Source: Aliarcobacter sp. (GTDB lineage Bacteria > Campylobacterota > Campylobacteria > Campylobacterales > Arcobacteraceae). From it: 64,000 bases of DNA. Position numbers and translations under genes: made by a program. The DNA lies in NCBI GenBank assembly GCA_039810345.1, contig JBDHWU010000011.1, positions 10,571 through 74,570 on the forward strand, read 5' to 3'. This document shows, one piece after another, positions 37,939-47,777 of this stretch. Under the pieces are notes generated by a model. That model was not told where the DNA came from and made no database searches. It saw only the letters and a list, made by a program, of their open reading frames with translations. Position 1 is the first letter of the stretch. Every line of letters begins with the position of its first letter.

Positions 37939-39024
37939 ATGATAAAAAATATTAGCACAGATATTTTTAGAATTGATGAATCAACAATAAGTTATGGTAA
38001 TCCAAGTATAAAAGAGGAAATTAGGAATAATATAGAAAAACAAAATAATAGAGATTACAAATACATATCTGAACAAATATTAAAAGAAAAAGATAGTATG
38101 AAATTTGCAGATAACTCTATTCATAATGGTCAATCTGAAGAAATTTTTAACTCTATGGTAAATTTATATTTAATATCGAAATCTAAAGATACAGATGAAT
38201 CTAATAAGATTCTTCGTGAAAGACAATATCAGTGGCTAATTGCTACAAAAGATAATGCTTTTGAAGATGCAAAAGATTTTGAAAATTTTGTATATAAATG
38301 GATGGATAAAGGTTCATCTTTTGACCAAGCAGTTGCAAGAGCAGAAGTATACTCTCAAGCAGGGGTTTTAGACTATGGAAAACAAAAAGTTTCTATTTAT
38401 AATAATCTACCATATCCTGATCCAAAAAATCATGGTTTTCATCTAATAGATAATCCAGTTTTAAAAAAAGCTTTTATAGAGACTCTTGACGAACTAAATC
38501 CATATGAATGCAGTGTTCTTGTATCTTCTTTATTTGGAAATATTGAACAGATGACTGGAAATCCTGATTTAAGCGAAAAAGCAAATGATACAGATGGTTT
38601 CTTGGAAAAGTTTCAAGCTTTTGCTTTGAAACTAGAAAAACTAAAAGAGGAAAATCCAGATGATTTTAAAGATATAAAATTTTCATTTACTGGTGATATA
38701 ACTATAAATGATAAACAATCTATAGATTATCAAAACTTTATTCTTGAAACTATAATTTCATTTTTTGAAGATAGATTGGATTATTACGACAACTTATACA
38801 AAACGGCAAGTTTTCAAATGTTTTATGAATACCCTTTGTCAAAAGAGGAACATAATGAAATAAGAGAACAATCTTTGGCAACCGTTAGAGATCCACTAAA
38901 AAAACTTTTAGAAAATTTTAAAAATAGTGCTTCGCAATACAATAGTAATATAAATGAAAACAACCCTATTTTAAATCAATATACAAAAAACAATAGACCA
39001 AATATTTTAAATACTATTCAATAA
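37939..39024 (+). CDS. hypothetical protein (361 aa), no recognisable domain
   Basis: Long ORF, ATG 4 nt after repeat copy 2. Acidic and Asn-rich, with no signal peptide or TM segment. Confidence 0.55.
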   Translation: MIKNISTDIFRIDESTISYGNPSIKEEIRNNIEKQNNRDYKYISEQILKEKDSMKFADNSIHNGQSEEIFNSMVNLYLISKSKDTDESNKILRERQYQWLIATKDNAFEDAKDFENFVYKWMDKGSSFDQAVARAEVYSQAGVLDYGKQKVSIYNNLPYPDPKNHGFHLIDNPVLKKAFIETLDELNPYECSVLVSSLFGNIEQMTGNPDLSEKANDTDGFLEKFQAFALKLEKLKEENPDDFKDIKFSFTGDITINDKQSIDYQNFILETIISFFEDRLDYYDNLYKTASFQMFYEYPLSKEEHNEIREQSLATVRDPLKKLLENFKNSASQYNSNINENNPILNQYTKNNRPNILNTIQ

Positions 39025-39025
39025 A

Positions 39026-39058
39026 AAAGAGTTAGAAGTCTAAAACTCCTAACTCTTT
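39026..39058. terminator. bidirectional hairpin between convergent genes
   Basis: AAAGAGTTAG-N13-CTAACTCTTT is a perfect 10-bp stem flanked by A and T runs. Confidence 0.5.
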
Positions 39059-40378
39059 TAACATCAAAGCCAAAATAAATAGTGGTGTTAAATATCTTAG
39101 AATAAACAACCAAACTTTAAATAAAAACTCTCCCATATATGGCACAAGATTTTTTCTTACAAGGTTTTTATCCATTATAAATGCAACAAATATAGAAATT
39201 GCAATTCCACCAAGGGGCATTAAAATTGCTGAAGTTATAAAATCAAACCAATCAAAAAGATTTTTATTGCCAAAAGTAAGAAGTTCTTTAAAATCATTTG
39301 ACATAGATAAAATTGCCAAAATTCCTAAGCTATATGAAATAGTAGAAATTAATAAAGTTGCGTTTAATCTTTTAAACCCTTTTCTCTCAATTAGATACAT
39401 AACAGCTGGTTCTATCATTGAAACAGCCGATGTAATAGCTGCAAATGCTAATGCAATAAAGAAAAATATAGCAAAAACTGTTCCAGCAATTCCCATCTCA
39501 TAAAAAATTGCTGGTAAAGTAATAAACACCAAACCAACTCCTTTATCTGGATTAGCTCCTGCACTAAAGATTATCGAAAAAATTATAAGCCCTGATATAA
39601 ATGCCGTTAAAATATCCATAACCACAACAAATAGTGTAGCTTTAAAAATATGTGTATCTTCACTAATTGATGCAGAGTATGTAAGAATTGTAGCAACACC
39701 TACAGAGAGGCAAAAAAAGGCATGACCAACAGCAATTAAAATAGAGTTTGTATTAAAATTTTCAAAATCAGGATAAAACATAAAATGAAAAGCTTTACCA
39801 AATCCCTCAAGAGTAAATGAGTATAAAAGCATAAATAAAAATATTAAAAATAAAGCTGGAATTAGGCTATTGTTTAACTTTTCTATTCCATCTTTTATAC
39901 CTTTTGAAATAATAAAAGCTATAGATATAAAAACAATAGTAAAATAAAAGATTTGAGACATTAAACTATTTTGAGAATAATTTATAAAATAACTTTCAGC
40001 TTCTTGCACACTTGTTGGAAGAGTTGTTATTGCAACTGTTATATAGTGTAGAATCCATGCAATTACTATTGGATAAAAGGAGATTATTAAAACTCCTGTT
40101 ATAAAAGTAAATCCTACTAGTTTTAAATATTTGTGATTTTTTGGAGCAAGAGTTTCGAAAGTTGAAACAGAATCTTTTTTTACAATTTTTCCCAAAATAA
40201 CTTCAGCCAAAAATATAGATATTCCTATTGTAAAAACTGCTAATAAAAATACTAAAACAAAAGCCCCACCACCATTTGCACCTGTAATATATGGGAACTT
40301 CCAGATATTTCCAAGACCTATTGCACTTCCTGCAATGGCTAAGATATATCCTATTTTTGAAAATCTATTTTTATGCAA
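39032..40378 (-). CDS. sodium-dependent transporter, NSS (SNF) family
   Basis: 448 aa with GSAIGLGNIWKFPY, the family hallmark; about 11-12 TM helices. Confidence 0.9.
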   Translation of the reverse strand: MHKNRFSKIGYILAIAGSAIGLGNIWKFPYITGANGGGAFVLVFLLAVFTIGISIFLAEVILGKIVKKDSVSTFETLAPKNHKYLKLVGFTFITGVLIISFYPIVIAWILHYITVAITTLPTSVQEAESYFINYSQNSLMSQIFYFTIVFISIAFIISKGIKDGIEKLNNSLIPALFLIFLFMLLYSFTLEGFGKAFHFMFYPDFENFNTNSILIAVGHAFFCLSVGVATILTYSASISEDTHIFKATLFVVVMDILTAFISGLIIFSIIFSAGANPDKGVGLVFITLPAIFYEMGIAGTVFAIFFFIALAFAAITSAVSMIEPAVMYLIERKGFKRLNATLLISTISYSLGILAILSMSNDFKELLTFGNKNLFDWFDFITSAILMPLGGIAISIFVAFIMDKNLVRKNLVPYMGEFLFKVWLFILRYLTPLFILALMLKELGVLDF

Positions 40379-40421
40379 AAATAACCTTTATAAAATTTTT
40401 GAAGTATCTTATCAAAAAATT

Positions 40422-41624
40422 CTATAATCTTTTAAGTTTTGCATAACCTTTTTTAATAAGTTTTAATAAAGGTCTTCTATATGAGCTAAATACATATTTT
40501 TTAATCTCATAAGCCAATCTTCCTTTTACAGTTAAAAGCCCATAAATATCTCCTGCTGCAAATTTACCACCAAGAGCGATTAAAATACCATCTAGTTTAG
40601 GATCGCATTTTAATAAAGGTCTTCCATCCATTAATCTCAAAAGGTTAATACCTGCATTCTTACCGCTAATTCTGGCAATGGTTACATTTGGAGGCATTAT
40701 TTCCCCTTTTCTATTTTTAATTTCTGCAATATCACCAACAGCAAAAATATTTTCATAAGTAGTTGTTTGCATATACTCATTTACAATTACTTGACCTTTT
40801 GCATTTTTCTCTATATCATCAATTTCACTTAAAATTGTAGAAGCTTCAACTCCCCCTGTAAATACAACAAATGAGTGTTGAATTTTTGTTCCATTTGAGA
40901 AATGACAAAAGCCATTTTCAACTTTTTGAAGCTTTATTCCTGTTATTACATTTATTCCTAAATCTCTTAATCTTTTTTGAGAAATATTTATTAAATCTTG
41001 TTTTAATCCTGGAAGAATAGAAGAAGAGCTACTAATCAAAGAGATTTTCAAGTTATCACATGAAAATTTTCCCCTTTTGAAAAATTTATTTGAATAGTGT
41101 GCCATCTCAGCTGCTATTTCAACTCCCGATAAACCAGCTCCAACAACAACAATATGTGTATCTTCACACTCTTTTGATTCATCTCTTACTTTTTCAAATA
41201 ACTGTTTTTCAAAACTTTGCTTAAATGTAATTGCTCTATGAAGTTTTTTAATATCATCAGCATTATTAAGTCCAGGAATTGAAGGTGGAAAAAATGTTCT
41301 AGTACCTGCTGCAACTATTAAATAATCAAATTCAACAGTCTCTTGCTCTTCTGTATAGATTTTTTTTGCTATTTGATCAATTTTTCTAACTTTTAAATTT
41401 TTAAACTCTAAATGTTCGTGATCAAAACCTTTAATTAATGTAGTTAAATCAATAGTTACATCAGCAAAATTTGAGTTATTTGCTATTAAATCATAAACCT
41501 CTGGCTGTAAATTATGATATGTATGTTTGTCGATTAAAGTAATTTTTATATTCTTGTTTTTTACTAACTCACCTAATGCATAAATTCCTGCATATCCACC
41601 ACCGATTATTACGACTCTCTTCAT
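40422..41624 (-). CDS. NDH-2-like FAD/NAD(P)-dependent pyridine nucleotide-disulfide oxidoreductase
   Basis: VVIIGGGYAGI and HIVVVGAGLSGVE are two Rossmann GxGxxG motifs. AVGDIA is present. 400 aa. Confidence 0.75.
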   Translation of the reverse strand: MKRVVIIGGGYAGIYALGELVKNKNIKITLIDKHTYHNLQPEVYDLIANNSNFADVTIDLTTLIKGFDHEHLEFKNLKVRKIDQIAKKIYTEEQETVEFDYLIVAAGTRTFFPPSIPGLNNADDIKKLHRAITFKQSFEKQLFEKVRDESKECEDTHIVVVGAGLSGVEIAAEMAHYSNKFFKRGKFSCDNLKISLISSSSSILPGLKQDLINISQKRLRDLGINVITGIKLQKVENGFCHFSNGTKIQHSFVVFTGGVEASTILSEIDDIEKNAKGQVIVNEYMQTTTYENIFAVGDIAEIKNRKGEIMPPNVTIARISGKNAGINLLRLMDGRPLLKCDPKLDGILIALGGKFAAGDIYGLLTVKGRLAYEIKKYVFSSYRRPLLKLIKKGYAKLKRL

Positions 41625-41806
41625 ATAAGATAAACCTTTATTTATTGTAAATTTTGTTCAAATCTTTTCTATTAAATTTGGACTGAATAATATTTGACAA
41701 TTCTATACTTAGCTATTTTAGGATATGATAAAAAGTAACAATTATCTATAAAATTCTTTTTTATAGTGTTTACATATGTTACTTTTTGAAAATATTAGGA
41801 GATTAT

Positions 41807-42652
41807 ATGAAATATTTTGGAGCCCATGTAAGTGCTAGTGGTGGAGTATATAATGCTCCATTAAATGCAATGGAAATTGGAGCAAAAGCTTTTGCATTAT
41901 TTACAAAAAATCAAAGACAATGGAGTGCAAAAGCACTTGATAATAAAACAATTGATTTGTGGTTTACAAACCTTGAAAAGAGTAAAATCGAAACAAAACA
42001 TATTTTGCCACACGACTCTTATTTAATAAATTTAGGGCATCCAGATAGTGATGCTAGAGAAAAATCTTTAAATAGTTTTATAGATGAAGTCCAAAGATGT
42101 GAGATTTTGGCTCTTGACAGACTAAATTTCCACCCTGGAAGCCACTTAAGAAAAATTAGTGTTGATGAGTGTTTAGATAATATTGTTGAGTCTATGAATA
42201 TAACTTTAGATAAAACAAGAGGTGTAAAACTGGTACTTGAAAACACAGCAGGTCAAGGAAGTAATTTAGGGTATAAGTTTGAACAACTAGCATATATTAT
42301 CGATAAAATAGAAGATAAAACTAGAGTTGGAGTATGTATTGATACTTGTCATATGTTTACAGCTGGTTATGATATAAGAACAAAAGAAGCTTACGATAAA
42401 ACATGGGATGATTTTGGAAAAATTGTAGGTTTTGAATACTTAAGCGGAATGCATATAAATGACTCAAAGCCAGAACTAGGAAGCCGTGTTGATAGACACG
42501 ATAGTTTAGGAGTTGGAAAAATTGGGCTAGATGCTTTTAAATTTATTGCAAATGACCCAAGGATGAATGACATTCCACTTATTTTAGAAACAATAGATGA
42601 AAGTATTTGGGCAAAAGAGATACAAATGCTTTATGACTTTATAGAAAAATAG
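41807..42652 (+). CDS. nfo: deoxyribonuclease IV (endonuclease IV)
   Basis: [13 protein letters not shown]..., [32 protein letters not shown] 41807 is preceded by AGGAG. Confidence 0.92.
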   Translation: MKYFGAHVSASGGVYNAPLNAMEIGAKAFALFTKNQRQWSAKALDNKTIDLWFTNLEKSKIETKHILPHDSYLINLGHPDSDAREKSLNSFIDEVQRCEILALDRLNFHPGSHLRKISVDECLDNIVESMNITLDKTRGVKLVLENTAGQGSNLGYKFEQLAYIIDKIEDKTRVGVCIDTCHMFTAGYDIRTKEAYDKTWDDFGKIVGFEYLSGMHINDSKPELGSRVDRHDSLGVGKIGLDAFKFIANDPRMNDIPLILETIDESIWAKEIQMLYDFIEK

Positions 42653-42672
42653 CTAGTAAATTAGCTATTTTT
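42650..42672. terminator. short bidirectional hairpin between nfo and the HD-GYP gene
   Basis: TAGCTA-N6-TAGCTA (6-bp stem) followed by TTTTT and preceded by AAAAA. This is weak evidence. Confidence 0.35.
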
Positions 42673-43744
42673 AATAAATATGTTCAATATCATCTTGATA
42701 ATTATCTCTTATTTCTAAAAAAGAGTCTAAATTATCAAAAAATAGTTGTACTAATTTTGGGTCAAAATGCTTTCCACTCTCTTTTCTAAATAACTCTAAA
42801 ATTTTATCTAATTCCCAAGCATCTTTATATACTCTTTTACTTCCTAAAGCATCAAAAACATCTGCAATTGCAGTAATTCTTGCGAAAATATGAATATCTT
42901 CACCTTTTAAACCATCTGGATAGCCATTTCCATCATATTTTTCATGATGCTCTTTTGCAACAATTGAAGCTGCTTTAATAATAGGTCTTTGGCTATTTTT
43001 TAGCATATCATAACCCAATTGAGTATGAGTTTTCATAATTTCCCACTCAGCTTCATCTAGTTTTCCTGGTTTTTTTAAAACACTATCAGGAATTCCTACT
43101 TTTCCTATATCATGCATTGGTGAAGCAGTTTTTAAGATTTCAGCGTCTTCTTCGTTAAGTCCAGATAATTTTGCCAATAAATATGAATATTCAGCTACCC
43201 TTTTTACATGATTTCCTGTTTCTTTACTTCTTGTCTCTCCAATTTCACCCATTTTGTAAACAATCTCTTTTTGAGTTGAAATTATCTCATTTTGAAGATT
43301 TACAAGCTCTGTTGCATCAAAAGCATATCCTAAAATAACATTTAAATCTTTTGAAAACTCAAAATTTATAAAATATGTTTTTCCATCTGCTTCAACTCTA
43401 TGATCAAAAGAATCATCTTTTAAATTTTTTACTATTTGATCTATTTTACTTATAAAATTTGGTGTGCAATTTTTATTTTTATATTGCAAAGCTTTATCAA
43501 AAGTATAAATAAACATAGGTTCAGGATTGTATTTTGGTAATTCAGAAAGGTAAAATCTCTCTCTTGCTTGAAAAGTATTAATACCTAATAAAGAATAAAC
43601 AGGGCAGCTTTGTTTTGTAGCTGTAAATAGTAGCCATGCTGCTAAAAGAATTAAATAATAATATTCGTAATGCATAGCAATTACTATAAGCAATCCACCA
43701 ACAATTGCTCTTATATAGTGTTCGTTTTTAAATAGATTATTCAT
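42671..43744 (-). CDS. HD-GYP domain c-di-GMP phosphodiesterase with N-terminal DUF2892-like membrane module
   Basis: PMHDIGKVG and HHEKYDGNGYPDGL are the HD-GYP signatures. The N-terminus has two TM helices and ATKQSCPVYSLLGINT (a DUF2892-type C-P-x-Y motif). Confidence 0.85.
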   Translation of the reverse strand: MNNLFKNEHYIRAIVGGLLIVIAMHYEYYYLILLAAWLLFTATKQSCPVYSLLGINTFQARERFYLSELPKYNPEPMFIYTFDKALQYKNKNCTPNFISKIDQIVKNLKDDSFDHRVEADGKTYFINFEFSKDLNVILGYAFDATELVNLQNEIISTQKEIVYKMGEIGETRSKETGNHVKRVAEYSYLLAKLSGLNEEDAEILKTASPMHDIGKVGIPDSVLKKPGKLDEAEWEIMKTHTQLGYDMLKNSQRPIIKAASIVAKEHHEKYDGNGYPDGLKGEDIHIFARITAIADVFDALGSKRVYKDAWELDKILELFRKESGKHFDPKLVQLFFDNLDSFLEIRDNYQDDIEHIY

Positions 43745-43846
43745 TTAAAACCTTAAATAATAAAATTTTGAAGATAAATTTTATCCAATTTATCTTTTAT
43801 ACAATATAAACTTTTAAACAAACTAATCTATTTTTATAAAATAAAC

Positions 43847-44662
43847 TTATAATAATCCAAAAGTTTCTTTTATTTTTTTCTCAAAATCTTCGTTACTTAA
43901 TTCTTTTCTAAGAGGAACAAAAGTTTCAGCTTCTACTCCAACAGGAATAGCTATAGGTGAGTTTTCATCTTCTATTATCGTTTTTACAGCATTTGCAATA
44001 GCAATTGGTTCTGGTCCTTCATTTATAGCTTTTGCAACTATTGGAACTAAATGAGAAGTTAAAAACTTATAAGGCGAATCATCTTTCATAGTTGCTTCAT
44101 TTATAACTAAACCTTTTTTTACAAAATTTGTTCCAAAAAGTCCAGCTTCAATAGAGTGAACTCTTATATTAAAAGGCAAGGTTTCAAACCTTAAAGAGTC
44201 TGTAATTCCTTCAACAGCATATTTTGAAGCATTATAATGAGATAGTAGTGGAAGTCCCATTTTTCCTAAAAAAGAGCTAACATTTATAATAACTCCAGAT
44301 TTTTTCTCTCTCATAAAAGGCAATACTTCTCTTGTTGTTTTAATAAGCCCAAAAACATTTACATCAAATTGATTAAAAATCTCTTCATCACTTCCATCTT
44401 CTAAAGTTGATAGAAGCCCATAACCAGCATTGTTAAATAAAACATCGATTTTGCCTTCAATTTCAATTACTTTTTTAACTGCAACTTTAATAGAGTCTGT
44501 TTTTGTAACATCAAGGTAAATATAAGTTATATTATCTTCAACTTTTGAGATATTCTCATCTCTGCTTCCTGCATAAACTTTATATCCATTTTGACTTAAA
44601 AGCTTTGCAGTTGCCTCTCCCATTCCTGAAGTAGCTCCAGTTATTAATACAACTTTTGACAT
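43847..44662 (-). CDS. short-chain dehydrogenase/reductase (SDR)
   Basis: TGATSGMG, NNAG, YNASK. I prefer the ATG at 44662, preceded by AAAGGAG. Confidence 0.85.
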   Translation of the reverse strand: MSKVVLITGATSGMGEATAKLLSQNGYKVYAGSRDENISKVEDNITYIYLDVTKTDSIKVAVKKVIEIEGKIDVLFNNAGYGLLSTLEDGSDEEIFNQFDVNVFGLIKTTREVLPFMREKKSGVIINVSSFLGKMGLPLLSHYNASKYAVEGITDSLRFETLPFNIRVHSIEAGLFGTNFVKKGLVINEATMKDDSPYKFLTSHLVPIVAKAINEGPEPIAIANAVKTIIEDENSPIAIPVGVEAETFVPLRKELSNEDFEKKIKETFGLL

Positions 44663-44726
44663 ATAATCTCCTTTTGTTAAAATATAAAATTTTACCAAAA
44701 GGGAACTCTTTGTCTCTTATTTTATA

Positions 44727-46367
44727 TCAATTTTCATCATTGTGCAAAATATTTTTATAGTGTTTTGCATATTCTAAAGAATCTTCTAAGGTAGAAAAAC
44801 TAGTAACATAATCAAATTTTGCTCGTTCTAATTTTTTAAGTACTCTTTGAGAAAGCCCTGAAAAAATAAGTTTTTTGTTTTTTGCTTCAAAGCTATCAAC
44901 TATCGATTTTAAAGCGACCATAGCTGTCATATCAATCATTGAAACATTTCTCATATCTAAAATAATAATATCTCTTTTGTCATTTGAGTTTAAAAGAGTT
45001 TTTAAAGCCTTTTGAGCAGCCCCAAAAAACATAGGTCCATTTATATCATAAATAAGCACTCCATTTGGCAAATCAGGATGCTCTTCAACACTATTTTTTG
45101 ATAACTCAATTGAGTATAAATCAATAGTTCTTTTTATAAATAAAATTGATGCAAGTCCAATTCCAACAGCAACAGCAACTTGCATATCTATTAAAACGGT
45201 CAAAGAAAAACAAGTAATAAGCACATAAATATCATCTTTTGGAGCTATTTTTAATATATTAAAAAAGTGTTTAACCTCACTCATATTCCAAGCAACCATT
45301 AGTAAAAGAGCCGATAGAGCCGCCATTGGCAAATATGAGATATATGGAGCTATAAAAACAATAGATACCAAGATAAATAAAGAGTGAACAATACTTGATA
45401 ATTTTGCATTTCCACCCGAATTTATATTTGCAACAGTTCGTGCAATTGCAGCCGTTGCTGGAATTCCTCCAAAAAATGGAACTATAATATTTGTAATTCC
45501 TTGACCTATTAACTCTTTGTTTGGGTCTGTTTTATTTCCGGTCATACCATCACTAATAACAGCACATAAAAGTGACTCCAAAGCTCCTAAAATAGCAATT
45601 GCAATAGAGTGGGGAAGAAGTTTTATAAATAAATCTATATTTATCTCTTCAATTTTTAGAAACTCCCAAGGAAGTGAAAACTGAAGAGGAATTGGAGGAA
45701 TTCCACTCCCTTTTAAATCCCCTATTTCATAATTAAAAGTTGAGTTTATTGTAGAGATATTTAAACCAAATTTATGGTTGAAATAAGCAATAAAAAGTGC
45801 AACAATACCTAAAGCTATTAAAGCTGAAGGAATTTTACTTTTTGTTTTTTTCCATAAAATTAAAATCGCCAACGTAAAACTAGCAGTTAAAAATTCATAA
45901 ATATTAAAAGTGTTAAAACTTTGTGCTAAAAGCACTATTTTATCAATATAGCTTCCAGTAAAATTATCTATAGAAAGACCAAAAAAATCTTTTATCTGAA
46001 AAGTTGCAATTACAACTGCAATTCCTGAAGTAAACCCAACAGTAACAGGATATGGAACTAGCTCTATTAAATTTCCAAGTCTAAAAAGCCCAACAAGGAT
46101 TAAAATAACTCCAGACATAAGACCACATAAAAGAAGCCCTGCAACTCCAAACTCTTGAACAATAGGGATTAAAATTACTATAAAAGCAGCCGTAGGTCCA
46201 GAGATATTTACCTTGCTACTTCCAAAAACTGCCGCAAAAATTCCTGCAATAATAGCTGTATAAAGTCCTAATTGAGGTGGCACTCCTGTTGCAATAGCAA
46301 GAGCCATAGATAGTGGCAATGCTATAATCCCAACAGTAAGACCTGCAAAAATATTACTCTTTATCAT
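44727..46367 (-). CDS. SulP-family anion permease with C-terminal STAS domain
   Basis: 546 aa. SulP TM core (GIPATAAIARTVANI) plus a STAS domain (IIILDMRNVSMIDMTAMVAL). Confidence 0.9.
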   Translation of the reverse strand: MIKSNIFAGLTVGIIALPLSMALAIATGVPPQLGLYTAIIAGIFAAVFGSSKVNISGPTAAFIVILIPIVQEFGVAGLLLCGLMSGVILILVGLFRLGNLIELVPYPVTVGFTSGIAVVIATFQIKDFFGLSIDNFTGSYIDKIVLLAQSFNTFNIYEFLTASFTLAILILWKKTKSKIPSALIALGIVALFIAYFNHKFGLNISTINSTFNYEIGDLKGSGIPPIPLQFSLPWEFLKIEEINIDLFIKLLPHSIAIAILGALESLLCAVISDGMTGNKTDPNKELIGQGITNIIVPFFGGIPATAAIARTVANINSGGNAKLSSIVHSLFILVSIVFIAPYISYLPMAALSALLLMVAWNMSEVKHFFNILKIAPKDDIYVLITCFSLTVLIDMQVAVAVGIGLASILFIKRTIDLYSIELSKNSVEEHPDLPNGVLIYDINGPMFFGAAQKALKTLLNSNDKRDIIILDMRNVSMIDMTAMVALKSIVDSFEAKNKKLIFSGLSQRVLKKLERAKFDYVTSFSTLEDSLEYAKHYKNILHNDEN

Positions 46368-46405
46368 TTTTACTCTTTAAATAAAATGGCGACCTTTATT
46401 TAAAT

Positions 46406-47047
46406 TTATAATATATATATTTTATGGTTATTGTCTTCTAAATTATTTTTAAGTTTATTTTGCCAATAGTTATATTTTACACTATCTTTTGCTTGTTCAA
46501 AAAGACCAGTTTTATAGATATTTGAAAGCATATCTTGAGCTTGTCTTACACCTTTATTTCCTGCAAACTCTAAAAGTTCAATACCCTTTTCAATATCCAC
46601 TTTTGTATTTATTCCTTGAAGATAAAACCTTGAAAGCTGATAAGCAGCAACAGGGTCTATACTACTTGCTTCTTGTAAAAGTTCGTAAGATTTATTTATA
46701 TCTTTATTTACTCCATCACCTTTATAATATAGAAATGAAATAGGTAAATTAGCATAGATATTTCCATTTTTCTTTGCTAAATTTAAAAAATGTACAGCAT
46801 TTTTGTAATCTTTTTTGTCAGCATAATATGTACCTAATCTAATTTGTGCAAATGTATTTGTATTCTCTATTTTTCTATAACAAAGAAGTTTTTCACCATC
46901 TTTTTCCAATTTTTGGCAATTATTTGCCTCTTTTAAAGGCTCTTCATAGTTGTCATTTGAACCAAAACTCAACATTTCTGGCATTTTTAATGAACAAGCA
47001 CTAAAAACCAAAGCTAATATTATTGAACTTAAAATCTGTTTTTTCAT
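46406..47047 (-). CDS. Sel1-repeat (TPR-like) lipoprotein, paralogue B
   Basis: Lipobox VFSACS. Sel1-like repeats. Shares FAQIRLG, DPVAAYQLSRFYL, LLEFAGNKGVRQAQ and YWQNKL blocks with the neighbouring gene. Confidence 0.7.
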   Translation of the reverse strand: MKKQILSSIILALVFSACSLKMPEMLSFGSNDNYEEPLKEANNCQKLEKDGEKLLCYRKIENTNTFAQIRLGTYYADKKDYKNAVHFLNLAKKNGNIYANLPISFLYYKGDGVNKDINKSYELLQEASSIDPVAAYQLSRFYLQGINTKVDIEKGIELLEFAGNKGVRQAQDMLSNIYKTGLFEQAKDSVKYNYWQNKLKNNLEDNNHKIYIL

Positions 47048-47659
47048 CTATTTTCCGTATATCTCTTTCGTAAAATCTTTACTATTTTCTTCCAATTTTG
47101 TTTGCCAATAAACACTTTTTTCAAAATCTGCTTCAATATATTGAGAGTTTGAATATAAAATATTTAGCTGTTTTTGTGCATCTTTTACTCCGTTTTCACC
47201 AGCAAACTCCAAAAGAGAAAGTGCATCATCAATATCATCATCTCTTAAGTAAAATTGAGCCAACTTATATGCAGCTATTGGGTCTAATTTTCTAGTATCT
47301 TTTAATAAAGATATTGCCTTTTTTTCATCCATTTCAACACCAAAACCATTTAAATACAAATCAGCAATTAAAGCATTTGCATAGAAATTTTTCTGTTTTT
47401 TAGCAATCTCATATCTATCCATAGCCTCTTTAAAATTACCTTTATATTTTGCATTTATTCCCAATCTTAACTGTGCAAAACTATTTTTATGTGCAATTAA
47501 ATCATAGCAATCAAGCTCAACATTGAAATTCTGATTCTTACACTCATTTGCTACTTCTTGTTCATTTCCAACAGCTTCAATAATTTTTGTGCTACTAGAA
47601 CAGGCACTCAAAAAAATTAGTGCAAAACTAAGTGTTAAAGGTTTTAAAATTCTAGTCAT
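47048..47659 (-). CDS. Sel1-repeat (TPR-like) lipoprotein, paralogue A
   Basis: Lipobox FLSACS; FAQLRLG, DPIAAYKLAQFYL, LLEFAGENGVKDAQ, YWQTKL. Its stop directly abuts the start of paralogue B. Confidence 0.7.
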   Translation of the reverse strand: MTRILKPLTLSFALIFLSACSSSTKIIEAVGNEQEVANECKNQNFNVELDCYDLIAHKNSFAQLRLGINAKYKGNFKEAMDRYEIAKKQKNFYANALIADLYLNGFGVEMDEKKAISLLKDTRKLDPIAAYKLAQFYLRDDDIDDALSLLEFAGENGVKDAQKQLNILYSNSQYIEADFEKSVYWQTKLEENSKDFTKEIYGK

Positions 47660-47777
47660 TTTCCCTCTTTTATCTCATATTTTTAAAAATGTAGGTATTT
47701 TATCATTTTTTTATTCATTTGCAGTTAAGAGATAAAAAGATAATATATAAAGATAAATATAAATTTTTTGAGGATAA

